From assembly GCA_021399395.1 (NCBI GenBank), contig JAAFKJ010000001.1, positions 1 to 64,000 on the forward strand: a stretch of DNA of 64,000 bases, given 5' to 3'. The position numbers and the translations under genes are program-made. Position 1 is the stretch's first letter. Each line of letters begins with the position of its first letter. The notes beneath the pieces were generated by a model. The model saw only the letters and a program-made list of their open reading frames with translations, ran no database searches and had not been told where the DNA came from. The DNA comes from Candidatus Heimdallarchaeota archaeon (GTDB lineage: Archaea > Asgardarchaeota > Heimdallarchaeia > Heimdallarchaeales > Heimdallarchaeaceae). Below are positions 27,763 to 37,257 of this stretch, piece after piece.

Positions 27763-27975
27763 TTTAATTCCTCTAAAAATTGAATAGAATTCAAAACAAA
27801 TTAGTGTTAAATATAAGTAGATTGATTTATCCTTTTAAGACTACTCTTCTACCAAAAATAATTCTAAATTGAATGTATTTGAAGATTGGCCATTAATTTT
27901 AATAAAGCCAACCATCGACATGTTTATAGTTAAATATACTTCCTTCTTCTTGCTTATCGGTATTTGATTCACTGA

Positions 27976-29001
27976 GTGATTTATTTGACATTGTATGAAG
28001 CAGAATACTATGAAAGACGAGAGGGAAAAGATGTTCAATGTTTATTATGTCCAAGAAAATGTATCATTAAATCTGAGGATTTAAGTGACTGCAAAGCTAG
28101 AAAGAACATAGACGGTAAACTCTATGCTCTTGGATATAATCGGTTTACATCTGTCCATGCTGATCCAATTGAAAAAAAACCTGTCTATCATTTTAAACCA
28201 GGAACTAATTCCATGAGTTTTGGTGCAGCAGGTTGTAATCTTCATTGTGCTCATTGTCAAAATTGGAGTATCAGTCAGATTTCTGCTGAGAGTAATAATC
28301 TCATAACTGTAACCCCCCAAAATGCAATGGATATCATTCGCAAAAACAACTGTGATACTATCGCTTACACATATAATGAACCACTCATTAACTTTGAATG
28401 GATAAAAGATACAGGAAAACTTGCTCATCAAAATGGCTATGCCAATATTCTGGTCTCCAATGGTTTGATAAATGCTAAACCGTTGCAAGAATTGTTACCT
28501 ATTATTGACGCAGCAAATATTGACATCAAAGCTTTTACAGAAGATTTCTATAAAGATGTAACTGGTTTTCCAGGATTAAAACATATTAAGAAAAATGTAG
28601 TCACGATGCTGCAAGAAGGTATTCACATTGAACTTACAATGTTATTAATCCCTACACTCAATGACAGCCCAGAAGAGATAGAAGCTTTTGCAAACTGGGT
28701 AAAAGAAACATTGAACTCCAAAGTACCTATACACTTCAGTAGGTTCTACCCTCATTATAAGATGCAACATCTTCCCCCAACCCCCGTAGAAACAGTTTTG
28801 AATGCAAAGAAAATTGCTGAGAAAGTGGGTTTGAGATATGTTTATACAGGAAATTTACCTTATTCTGAGATAAATACAACTACATGTCAGAACTGTGGAT
28901 CTACATTAGTTGAACGTGTTAATTATACTGTGAAAATAATTGAATTAGGGATAGATGGTAATTGTAGAAAATGTGGAGAACCATCTGATTTTCATCTTTA
29001 A
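27976..29001 (+). CDS. amrS: AmmeMemoRadiSam system radical SAM enzyme
   Basis: CLLCPRKC, DPIEKKPVYHFKPG, GCNLHCAHCQNWSISQ, AYTYNEP, HFSRFYP, YVYTGN. True start probably a TTG a few codons downstream. Confidence 0.9.
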   Translation: MIYLTLYEAEYYERREGKDVQCLLCPRKCIIKSEDLSDCKARKNIDGKLYALGYNRFTSVHADPIEKKPVYHFKPGTNSMSFGAAGCNLHCAHCQNWSISQISAESNNLITVTPQNAMDIIRKNNCDTIAYTYNEPLINFEWIKDTGKLAHQNGYANILVSNGLINAKPLQELLPIIDAANIDIKAFTEDFYKDVTGFPGLKHIKKNVVTMLQEGIHIELTMLLIPTLNDSPEEIEAFANWVKETLNSKVPIHFSRFYPHYKMQHLPPTPVETVLNAKKIAEKVGLRYVYTGNLPYSEINTTTCQNCGSTLVERVNYTVKIIELGIDGNCRKCGEPSDFHL

Positions 29002-29066
29002 ATCCTTCTAGTTTGAATATTGTGCTACAATTATCCTTATATGTTTATAGAAAAACGAAGGAGCGT

Positions 29067-30464
29067 ATGTTAGACACCTTAGAGGAAATAATAAATGGTG
29101 TATCTCTATCGAACAAAGATTTTCTAGATATACGCTATGCATATGCTATGGGAGAATCTTTTACTGTTCGAAATGGACGTTTTGATAGTATCAGCAATCA
29201 AACTACTGGAGGGATAGCTATTAGAGCTTTAATAGATAATGCTTGGGGTTTCACCACAATAGTCGATACTGATAAAGAATCAATTCTCAAGGCAATTAAG
29301 AAAGCAATAAAGATGGCTAAAGCTGGATCTAAATACACCAAGCAAGAAAGAACAATCAGCGATAATTGGGTATTTGAAGGAAGTGGAACAACTAAACTTG
29401 AAATAGATCCGAGAGAGATAGATAAAGAGACAAAATTCAATAAAATAATTCAAACAGAAAAGACTGCTAGGGAATACTCAGATACAATTGCCGAAGCTTC
29501 TTCAACCTATCAAGAATCTCATGGTAAAGAATTTATTGTAAACAATAAAGGAACAAAAGTTAGCAATGAAGAACATGTTATTCGGTTGATGAAAAATATT
29601 GTAGGGAGACAGGGGACAAAAATGCAAAGTGTTTTTGACTCTATTGGAGGTGCCGGTGGTTGGGAATTAGTTGAAAAATGGGATCCTGAAAAGGAAGGAT
29701 TGAAAGCTGCAGTTCTAGTTGAAAAATTATTACTGGCTAGAGAGCCTCCATCAGGAAAAATGAATGTAATCATGGATCCCTCACTAACCGGAGTTTTCAT
29801 CCATGAAGCATTTGGGCATGCTTGTGAGGCTGATGGAATTATCGCTAAAAATTCTATTCTGGAAGGGAAGATAAACAAACGTGTTGGTGTTGAAGGAATT
29901 AACGTTTATGATGATCCTACCATTCCCCAATTGCGAGGTTCATTCGAGTATGACTCCGAAGGAACAAAAGCTCGTAAGAGGGTTTTGGTAGAAGATGGAA
30001 TTCTAAAAGAATATTTCCATACTCTAGAAACTGCAACAGCATTAGGAATGGAACCAAATGGTGCTGGGAGGGCTATGAATTTTAATGTTACACCTCAAGC
30101 TCGTATGGGGAATACATATGTTGCTAGTGGTGACATGAAACTTGAAGAAATAGCAGAAAAGGTAAAAGATGGAGTATATCTCAAAGACTCATATGGGGGG
30201 TATGTTGTACCTGCTAAAGGTCAATTTTACTTCACATGCCAACTAGGCTATTTTATCGAAAATGGTGAGATAACTGACATGATGGGTAATGTCGGGATGT
30301 CAGGTATGACTCTAGAAGTATTGCAAAACACTTTCGCAATTGGTGAGAAGTGGGAACCAGCTTTTGAGGGAACGTGTGGCAAAGGTGGACAATGGGTTCC
30401 AGTAATTGGTGGAGGTCCAAATCTAGGGGTTTCAGATTTAGTTGTTGGAGGAACAGAACAATGA
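29067..30464 (+). CDS. tldD: TldD metalloprotease subunit
   Basis: HEAFGHACEAD, DSEG, RMGNT, GTCGKGGQ. Start moved to ATG 29067. Confidence 0.92.
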   Translation: MLDTLEEIINGVSLSNKDFLDIRYAYAMGESFTVRNGRFDSISNQTTGGIAIRALIDNAWGFTTIVDTDKESILKAIKKAIKMAKAGSKYTKQERTISDNWVFEGSGTTKLEIDPREIDKETKFNKIIQTEKTAREYSDTIAEASSTYQESHGKEFIVNNKGTKVSNEEHVIRLMKNIVGRQGTKMQSVFDSIGGAGGWELVEKWDPEKEGLKAAVLVEKLLLAREPPSGKMNVIMDPSLTGVFIHEAFGHACEADGIIAKNSILEGKINKRVGVEGINVYDDPTIPQLRGSFEYDSEGTKARKRVLVEDGILKEYFHTLETATALGMEPNGAGRAMNFNVTPQARMGNTYVASGDMKLEEIAEKVKDGVYLKDSYGGYVVPAKGQFYFTCQLGYFIENGEITDMMGNVGMSGMTLEVLQNTFAIGEKWEPAFEGTCGKGGQWVPVIGGGPNLGVSDLVVGGTEQ

Positions 30465-31810
30465 CATCAAAAGAAGATTTACATGAACTAGCAGAATTCA
30501 TCATAAAACAAGGGTTGAAACTAGGAGCAGATCAAGTAGAAGCTTATACATTATATGGTTCAGCTAAGAGCGTTCAAGTTGAAAGAGGCTCAATTAGAAA
30601 GTTTACCGACATTAGCAACTCTGGTTTAGGAATCCGCATCATTAAGGACAAATCTATAGGTATGGCTTCAACAACAATTTTTACCAAAGATAGCATAGAA
30701 AATTGCGTTAATAATGCATATGCTTTAGCTAAAGTAAGTCCGCCTGATCCAAATTTTGATTCTTTACCTGTAGATGAAACACCTACACCAGAGATACAGG
30801 ACAGATATGATCAATCTGTTATCGATTTAGATGTTGAAGAATTTACTGAAATTATCTTACAATCCATTCAAGAAGCACAAAAGTATGAAAAAGCTATAAT
30901 TGGAGGGAACTTCACAGCTGGTTATGGTGAAAGGTTTATCGTTAATTCACAAGGTATTGATCGAACATCTTCTCAAACATCCGTCAGTGGATATCTGAGC
31001 GTTAAGCTAGAAGAAGGAGAAGATATCGGTAATGCGTATTATTATGATGCTTCAACAGTTCTTTCTAAGTTTAAGTATGAGCAAATTGGAAAAGTAGCTG
31101 GGGAAAGAGCTAAAAACATGTTAGGATCTAAGAAAATAGAAACTACATCTTTGCCAATTCTACTTGACCCCGACAGCACATATGGAACAATCGAACCTAT
31201 CCTTTCGAACGGTATTAATGCTTTTAGCGTGTTTAACAGAACTGCATTCTTTGTTGACAAAATTGGAGATGCAATAGCAAATGAGAAATTGAACATCACA
31301 GATGATCCTTTCTATCCAGGTGGGACAGATTCAGCCCCCTTTGATGATGAGGGTGTTGTTCCCAAAAAACTGAAATTGGTTGAAAATGGAATACTGCAGA
31401 CCTATATCACTGACTCATATTCTGCGCCATTAGTTGGTTTAGAAAATACCGGTCATGCTTCAAGAGGTTCATTCGCTTCTAGACCTAGACCAGCGCCTTA
31501 TACACTCAGTATCGAACCTGGAACCATTTCTAAAGATAATCTAATAGCTGATATGAAAGAAGGAATCTTAATGATTGGTTCACCTCTCCATTCAAGAGGT
31601 AATAATCCTCAAATCTCAGCACAAATCAATCAAGGTTTTCTTGTTAAGGATGGAGAGATACAATACCCAATTAAAAATGCTGTAATTGGTTGTACTGTTT
31701 TCGATGTTTATCAAAAAATAGATAAACTAAGTAAAGAAATAGAAAACCGTAATGGCCATAAAGCACCTTGGATGTTATTAAAAGCATTACAAGTAAGTGG
31801 AGGCAAGTAA
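30461..31810 (+). CDS. pmbA: PmbA/TldE subunit
   Basis: GLGIRII, FDDEG, TGHASR; no HExxH; ATGA overlap with the tldD stop. Confidence 0.9.
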   Translation: MTSKEDLHELAEFIIKQGLKLGADQVEAYTLYGSAKSVQVERGSIRKFTDISNSGLGIRIIKDKSIGMASTTIFTKDSIENCVNNAYALAKVSPPDPNFDSLPVDETPTPEIQDRYDQSVIDLDVEEFTEIILQSIQEAQKYEKAIIGGNFTAGYGERFIVNSQGIDRTSSQTSVSGYLSVKLEEGEDIGNAYYYDASTVLSKFKYEQIGKVAGERAKNMLGSKKIETTSLPILLDPDSTYGTIEPILSNGINAFSVFNRTAFFVDKIGDAIANEKLNITDDPFYPGGTDSAPFDDEGVVPKKLKLVENGILQTYITDSYSAPLVGLENTGHASRGSFASRPRPAPYTLSIEPGTISKDNLIADMKEGILMIGSPLHSRGNNPQISAQINQGFLVKDGEIQYPIKNAVIGCTVFDVYQKIDKLSKEIENRNGHKAPWMLLKALQVSGGK

Positions 31811-31877
31811 CCTCCCAACCCACTATTTTTTGAAATTTAATCAAAAACTTTATTGGTATAGTATAAAGAATCTAACT

Positions 31878-32759
31878 ATGCCTAAAATCAGTTTGACTTC
31901 GATTGCGAATATTCTTTCAATTGGAGTAAATTCTTTACTTATTATTCTTAAACTGGTAATAGGATTTCTATTTAATTCAATCAGTCTAATAGCTGACGGA
32001 TTTGATTCTGTTATGGATGTAGTCTCAGCTTCTATTGCTGGGGTTGGTGAAAGGATAAGTAGAAAACCTCCTGATCGAGATCATCCATTTGGTCACCAGA
32101 AATTTCAACTTATCTCAAGTCTCGTAATTGTTCTTACAATGTTTATCTCATCTTATTTTATTGCACAAGAATCAATTAATCGACTAATTGAAGCAACATC
32201 TTACGATTTAGAAATTTGGATATTAGTAGCTGCAAGTGTATCATTGGTCACTAAATTATCAATTTCCATAGCTTTAATGAAAATAGGAAAAAAACTCAAG
32301 TCTACTGTCTATATAGCAAACGCAAAAAACTACAGAACAGATGCTATTTCGTCAATTTTTGTAATTATTGCATATATTGGAGGTAGATTTGATGTGTGGT
32401 GGTTAGATCCAGCGTGTGCATTTGTTATTGTTGCATTGATTCTCTTTACAGGTTTTGAGATAGCCAAAATGTCTCTTCCAGAACTTCTCGATAAAGGTCC
32501 ATCTTTGGAAATTGTTGAGGAACTAAAATCTACTGCACTTGCATGTCCTGAAATTAAAGAAGTGCACGTAATACGACTGAGATCAATTTTAGGTTCTTAT
32601 ACAGGAGATTTCCACATACTTGTAGACCCCGAGTTATCCATTCTTGAAGCACATGAAATCTCAGAAAGAGTTAAAGCGAAACTTGAATCTACAGGACACT
32701 TTAGAGACTTGTTAATTCATATAGAACCGTATATTCCTGAAGAAAGTTTGGAAGGTTGA
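31878..32759 (+). CDS. Cation diffusion facilitator family transporter
   Basis: SISLIADGFDSVMD, PDRDHPFGH, NYRTD, LIHIEP. Start moved to ATG 31878. Confidence 0.9.
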   Translation: MPKISLTSIANILSIGVNSLLIILKLVIGFLFNSISLIADGFDSVMDVVSASIAGVGERISRKPPDRDHPFGHQKFQLISSLVIVLTMFISSYFIAQESINRLIEATSYDLEIWILVAASVSLVTKLSISIALMKIGKKLKSTVYIANAKNYRTDAISSIFVIIAYIGGRFDVWWLDPACAFVIVALILFTGFEIAKMSLPELLDKGPSLEIVEELKSTALACPEIKEVHVIRLRSILGSYTGDFHILVDPELSILEAHEISERVKAKLESTGHFRDLLIHIEPYIPEESLEG

Positions 32760-33227
32760 TTATTCTTCAACAAGAGATCTGTTCTTTCTCTTCCAAGCAG
32801 TTAAAATGAAACCTAGTTCTCCTCCATGTTGATTAAGATGATGAATATACTCGAATAACCAATCTTCGACAGAGATGCTATATTCTTTATATGTTCTCAT
32901 CTCACTCAGCTGTTTATCAACAATATTTGCTAGTTCCTGTTCTACTTTGGAAACCATTTCATCATACCCTTCAATCAAATCATCCAAAGTTAATCCCTCA
33001 GGTTTTTCCTCGAAATGATACCCTTCTTCATCATTATTTAGAATGACATTTACAATCCAGATCTGATCATGAATTAGATGCTCTATTATCCATCCAGAGG
33101 TATACATTGTATCATGTACTTTCCAAGCTAGAATGTCTTCAGGTAGATGAGTTAAATATTCTCGGAACGCTTCGTGTGATCTTTTTATAATTTCAAGATA
33201 GAACTGTGATTTTTGATTTAGAGTCAT
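32760..33227 (-). CDS. DinB/YfiT family protein
   Basis: GWIIEHL...HHLNQHGGEL His triad. Start moved to MTLNQ. Confidence 0.8.
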   Translation of the reverse strand: MTLNQKSQFYLEIIKRSHEAFREYLTHLPEDILAWKVHDTMYTSGWIIEHLIHDQIWIVNVILNNDEEGYHFEEKPEGLTLDDLIEGYDEMVSKVEQELANIVDKQLSEMRTYKEYSISVEDWLFEYIHHLNQHGGELGFILTAWKRKNRSLVEE

Positions 33228-33331
33228 GATTATGAACCAAAAACCCATCTTCTATTTAAGATGTAGGTTTTGTAGAAATTTTCTGGGTTCTGATGAAAGA
33301 TTTTTATTTATCATCGAATAGAGAATGTTGA

Positions 33332-34687
33332 ATGAGAAGTTTAAGCATAAATACCGATGTTCTAATTGTTGGTGCTGGTCCAGCTGGTGTGAGTTTAGCA
33401 ATTAATCTTGGTAAAAGAGATATCTCAACTATCGTTGTCGATCAAAAACAGAAAAAGAACATAGGTTACAAAGCTTGTGGAGATGCGTTATCACCAAATT
33501 CAACACGGAAACTATATGAATTTTCAGGGATTAAACAACCTTATGGAGATGAAATAGCTGAAAATTTGAAGACAGCTCATTTTCGACCAGTTAGTGATTT
33601 TGAATTATCTCTTGATTTCGTTTCACAAACAGTTGACCGTTTAAAATATGGTCAACGTCTTTTAGAATCCCTAAAAGAATATTCTTCAATAGATGTGAAA
33701 ACAGAACACAAAGTTGTAGGAACAATAGTTGAAGAAAACCAGGTAATTGGGTGTAAAGTAAGACAAAAAGATGGTAAAAAGTTCAATATTTATGCAAAAA
33801 TTGTTGTTGATTGTTCGGGTATTACTGGTATTGTACGAAGAGGAATCCCAGTTTCAGTTTGTGACAAATTCCCAAATAAACTCAAGAAAGAAGAAACCAT
33901 TGTTTCCTACCGAGAGATTATAGAAACTTCTGAACCTCACGAATATCAATATCAGATGAGGATAGAATATCATGATGAAATGCCTCCTCCAGGTTATTTT
34001 TGGATTTTTTCCAAAGGTGAAAAGAAGCTAAATGTGGGTGTTGGTTGGTTACTTAATGATAATAATAAGAAAGCAAATGTGAAAACCATACATGAAACTA
34101 TCAGAAAGAAAATTTTTCCCAGCGCAAAAGTTTTGGATGCTGTTGGAGACACTTTACCAGGTCGTTTACCATTGTATTCAATGGTCTGTAATGGTTTTCT
34201 GACTTGTGGAGATGCTGCTACACTTGTTAATCCTATTAGTGGAGAAGGGCATGGTCCAGCTTTGTTGAGTGCGTATCATGCTGCGGATATCGTGGAAAAA
34301 GCCATTAGAAATAACGATAACAGCGAAGAAGCTCTATGGGAGTATAACATTAAGATTTGGAATTACTATGGATATGAGGGCGGATTAGGTATAGCTGTCC
34401 ATAAACTTCTAGCTGCTGTTCCCTTCAGCGATTTCTCTTTTCTCTTCGAAAAAGGGATAATAACACAAGAAGATGTAGATGCAATAATGGGATCTACAGC
34501 TGTTAAATTGCCAATATTCCAAAAAGTAATCAAAGGGATGAGGAAGCCAAAATTGCTAATCAAAGTAGCAAAAGGATTGTTACTAGCTGAGAGAATAAAG
34601 AAACTATCCACGAAATATCCTTCTAAACCAAATAGATTTTACAGGTGGAAAAAGAAGATAGAAAAAATTGAAAGGAAAAGAATCTAA
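33332..34687 (+). CDS. Geranylgeranyl reductase family FAD oxidoreductase
   Basis: GAGPAG, KACGD, PPGYFWIF, GDAA...NPISGEG. Confidence 0.88.
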   Translation: MRSLSINTDVLIVGAGPAGVSLAINLGKRDISTIVVDQKQKKNIGYKACGDALSPNSTRKLYEFSGIKQPYGDEIAENLKTAHFRPVSDFELSLDFVSQTVDRLKYGQRLLESLKEYSSIDVKTEHKVVGTIVEENQVIGCKVRQKDGKKFNIYAKIVVDCSGITGIVRRGIPVSVCDKFPNKLKKEETIVSYREIIETSEPHEYQYQMRIEYHDEMPPPGYFWIFSKGEKKLNVGVGWLLNDNNKKANVKTIHETIRKKIFPSAKVLDAVGDTLPGRLPLYSMVCNGFLTCGDAATLVNPISGEGHGPALLSAYHAADIVEKAIRNNDNSEEALWEYNIKIWNYYGYEGGLGIAVHKLLAAVPFSDFSFLFEKGIITQEDVDAIMGSTAVKLPIFQKVIKGMRKPKLLIKVAKGLLLAERIKKLSTKYPSKPNRFYRWKKKIEKIERKRI

Positions 34688-36555
34688 GTAACAACTACTT
34701 TTCCGTCACCTATTCTAATCATCCTATCACATATTTTTGCAACTTCAAGATCATGGGTAACTAGAATAACTGCCGTACCTTGTTCTTTGGCAAATCTATT
34801 GATTAAATCAATTACAACTTTTCCTGTTTGAGAATCAAGATCTCCAGTTGGTTCATCTGCGAAAAGAACTGCAGGATTGTTAATCATGGCCCTGGCTATG
34901 GTTACGCGTTGCATTTGCCCCCCAGATAGTTTGATAGGATATTGATTCTGAAATCGTTCAAGTCCTACTTCCCTAATGAGTTCTAATGCACGCTTTTTAA
35001 CATCTCTTCTAGGGTTTCCAATCATCAAACCCGGAAACATTACATTTTCAAGTACTGTCAATTGAGGTACTAGATTATAGTATTGGAAGATGAAACCCAT
35101 ATTTCTTCTTCTGAACATGGAAACTGCAGAATCAGTCATAGTGTCAATGTTTGTACCTAATAGAAAAACTGCACCTCGATTAGGTGTATCTAACCCTGAA
35201 AGTAAATTTAGAAGTGTTGTCTTTCCACTTCCGGAAGGTCCAATAATTGCTACCATCTCACCCTTCTTGATTTCCATATCTACTCCTCTGAGTGCATAAA
35301 CAGTTGATCCCACCAAACGATAGGTTTTGAAAAGCGAAACCCCTTTTAGAATAGTTTCTTCTTCAACGTCAATTGTTCGCCGGTTTTCAATTCCGATATC
35401 TGTAGGTATGGATTGAAAATAAGCTACATCCCTGAATTTGTCTGCAAAATATTTCAGTAGTTGAATCTCTGTCAATGTTTGAGTGAAAATATTGGCTAGA
35501 AAGTCAATTTGCTCAATTTCCTTTTCTGGAAGATCTTTATATTTGTTGATTATATTCAGTAGGGACTGATAGACTTTCTTAACATTTACTTGCAGATGAT
35601 TCAAACGCGAAGTTGTATCTTCACAGTTTGTCATCGTTTCAACCATCATCAAATAATCCATTAGTGTACCATATTCTAGCTTTTCTACCTCTATTTTTAG
35701 TTCTTTGTTAACCTCTGAAACTCGTTTTAATTGTTTTAGTAGAACAGAGATAGCTTGTTGTGTTGATGATAATAGACCAAATACAACACGCAAAGTTCTC
35801 CATAATTTATCACTCATTTGATCTTCTAGAAGCCTCACATTTTCTTCTATGAGTATTAATTCTTCTAACTTATGGATTGCTACTTCATTTGATGCTAAGA
35901 TTGAATTGAGATTATTGGAGCAGGCTTTTCCAAATTGAGCAATTAGAAGATGTTCTGCGATTAATCTTAGAGGCACGTTAGAGGTCTTATCTTCAACTTC
36001 TCGCTTCAATATAAAATCAGGAAACATTATAATATCTGGATAATCATCTGGAAAATCCCATATAATTAAGAATGTTTTCAGTAGAACATCACTTACTCTT
36101 TCAATGACTTGATCATCTATTGTTTTTGCTTTTTGTACAATTCCTTCTATTATACCTGAACTATTTTGAGCGCCAGAACTTTTTACAAGATTAGTAAGCA
36201 TTTGTGTAATATCTTTAATCTCAACATTTTTTCTTATTTCTTTGGAATAATTTGCACACTCACCTTTACAATAATTTTGAACAATACTTTCTAATTTTTG
36301 TATAACCTCTTTTCTTTGTTCACCAGATTCTACTGAAGCTAAAGGAATGCTACATTTCACGAAAAGAAAAGTATTAACCTCAAGGACATCAAAGGAGCTC
36401 AGAGAGGAAGATGGTGTAAGTTTGGATACAAACTTTTTTAATTTTCGAATCAGAAGATTCAGAGAATCTCTGTTTAATTTGTTTATGAGTACTCCCATCG
36501 TCATCTCTACGAATTTTTCTTGTGTTGGAAATTCTGTTGGTGTTTTTTCACTCAT
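34684..36555 (-). CDS. LolD/MacB-type ABC ATPase with a ~390-aa N-terminal extension
   Basis: C-terminal GPSGSGKT, LSGGQMQR, ADEPTGDLD, VTHD; the N-terminal part is helical and unrecognised. Confidence 0.85.
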   Translation of the reverse strand: MSEKTPTEFPTQEKFVEMTMGVLINKLNRDSLNLLIRKLKKFVSKLTPSSSLSSFDVLEVNTFLFVKCSIPLASVESGEQRKEVIQKLESIVQNYCKGECANYSKEIRKNVEIKDITQMLTNLVKSSGAQNSSGIIEGIVQKAKTIDDQVIERVSDVLLKTFLIIWDFPDDYPDIIMFPDFILKREVEDKTSNVPLRLIAEHLLIAQFGKACSNNLNSILASNEVAIHKLEELILIEENVRLLEDQMSDKLWRTLRVVFGLLSSTQQAISVLLKQLKRVSEVNKELKIEVEKLEYGTLMDYLMMVETMTNCEDTTSRLNHLQVNVKKVYQSLLNIINKYKDLPEKEIEQIDFLANIFTQTLTEIQLLKYFADKFRDVAYFQSIPTDIGIENRRTIDVEEETILKGVSLFKTYRLVGSTVYALRGVDMEIKKGEMVAIIGPSGSGKTTLLNLLSGLDTPNRGAVFLLGTNIDTMTDSAVSMFRRRNMGFIFQYYNLVPQLTVLENVMFPGLMIGNPRRDVKKRALELIREVGLERFQNQYPIKLSGGQMQRVTIARAMINNPAVLFADEPTGDLDSQTGKVVIDLINRFAKEQGTAVILVTHDLEVAKICDRMIRIGDGKVVVT

Positions 36556-37253
36556 TTCTGCTCATCTCCTTTATCAACAATTTCACCATCTACAATTCTA
36601 ATTATCCTATGACAGAATGAAGCGATATATTCGGAATGCGTTACAACAAGAAATGTTTGTTCGTAGTTTTCGTTTATTGAAACGAATAAATTCATTATTT
36701 CAGTTGAAGTATCTTGATCTAAATCTCCTGTGGGTTCATCTCCAAGTATAATAGCAGGATTCATCAGCAGTGCTCTGGACACTGCAACTCGTTGTTGTTC
36801 TCCTCCACTTAGCTGATTTGGTAAGTGAAAGATTTTATCTCCCAAACCCATTTGACGAAGCATCATTTTAGCTTCTTCCTCTGCTTCTAAACGGGATATA
36901 TTGGTTAGCAATAAAGGTAAAACTGTGTTATCTAGAGCTGATATGAATTCAAATAGATTGAATAATTGAAAGATATAACCTATATTGTGCAGTCGAAATT
37001 CTGTCATTTCAATATCAGCTAATTCACTTACATCTTGACCTTGGATGAAAATCTCTCCTTCTGTGGGTTGATCTATTCCTCCTAGAAGATTTAATAGAGT
37101 AGTTTTACCGCAACCTGAAGGACCCATGATAGCGACCATTTCACCTTTCTTAATCTCAATATCAAGTCCTTTAAGAGCATGAACCTCTAGGTCTGTACCT
37201 TCAGCGTATGTTTTGTGTAGATTTGTTGTCTTTAGTATAATTTCTTCGTTCAT
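36552..37253 (-). CDS. LolD/MacB-type ABC transporter ATP-binding protein
   Basis: GPSGCGKT, LSGGEQQR, GDEPTGDLD, VTH. Start moved to MNEEII. Confidence 0.92.
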   Translation of the reverse strand: MNEEIILKTTNLHKTYAEGTDLEVHALKGLDIEIKKGEMVAIMGPSGCGKTTLLNLLGGIDQPTEGEIFIQGQDVSELADIEMTEFRLHNIGYIFQLFNLFEFISALDNTVLPLLLTNISRLEAEEEAKMMLRQMGLGDKIFHLPNQLSGGEQQRVAVSRALLMNPAIILGDEPTGDLDQDTSTEIMNLFVSINENYEQTFLVVTHSEYIASFCHRIIRIVDGEIVDKGDEQK

Positions 37254-37257
37254 GTTA

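Noticed and set aside
27841-28038. 65-aa minus-strand ORF
   Set aside because: Overlaps the amrS start and the divergent promoter region; no recognisable features.
30374-30460. Trp/Arg-rich N-terminal extension of PmbA in the ORF track
   Set aside because: Overlaps the tldD 3' end; the ATG at 30461 with ATGA coupling is the more plausible start.
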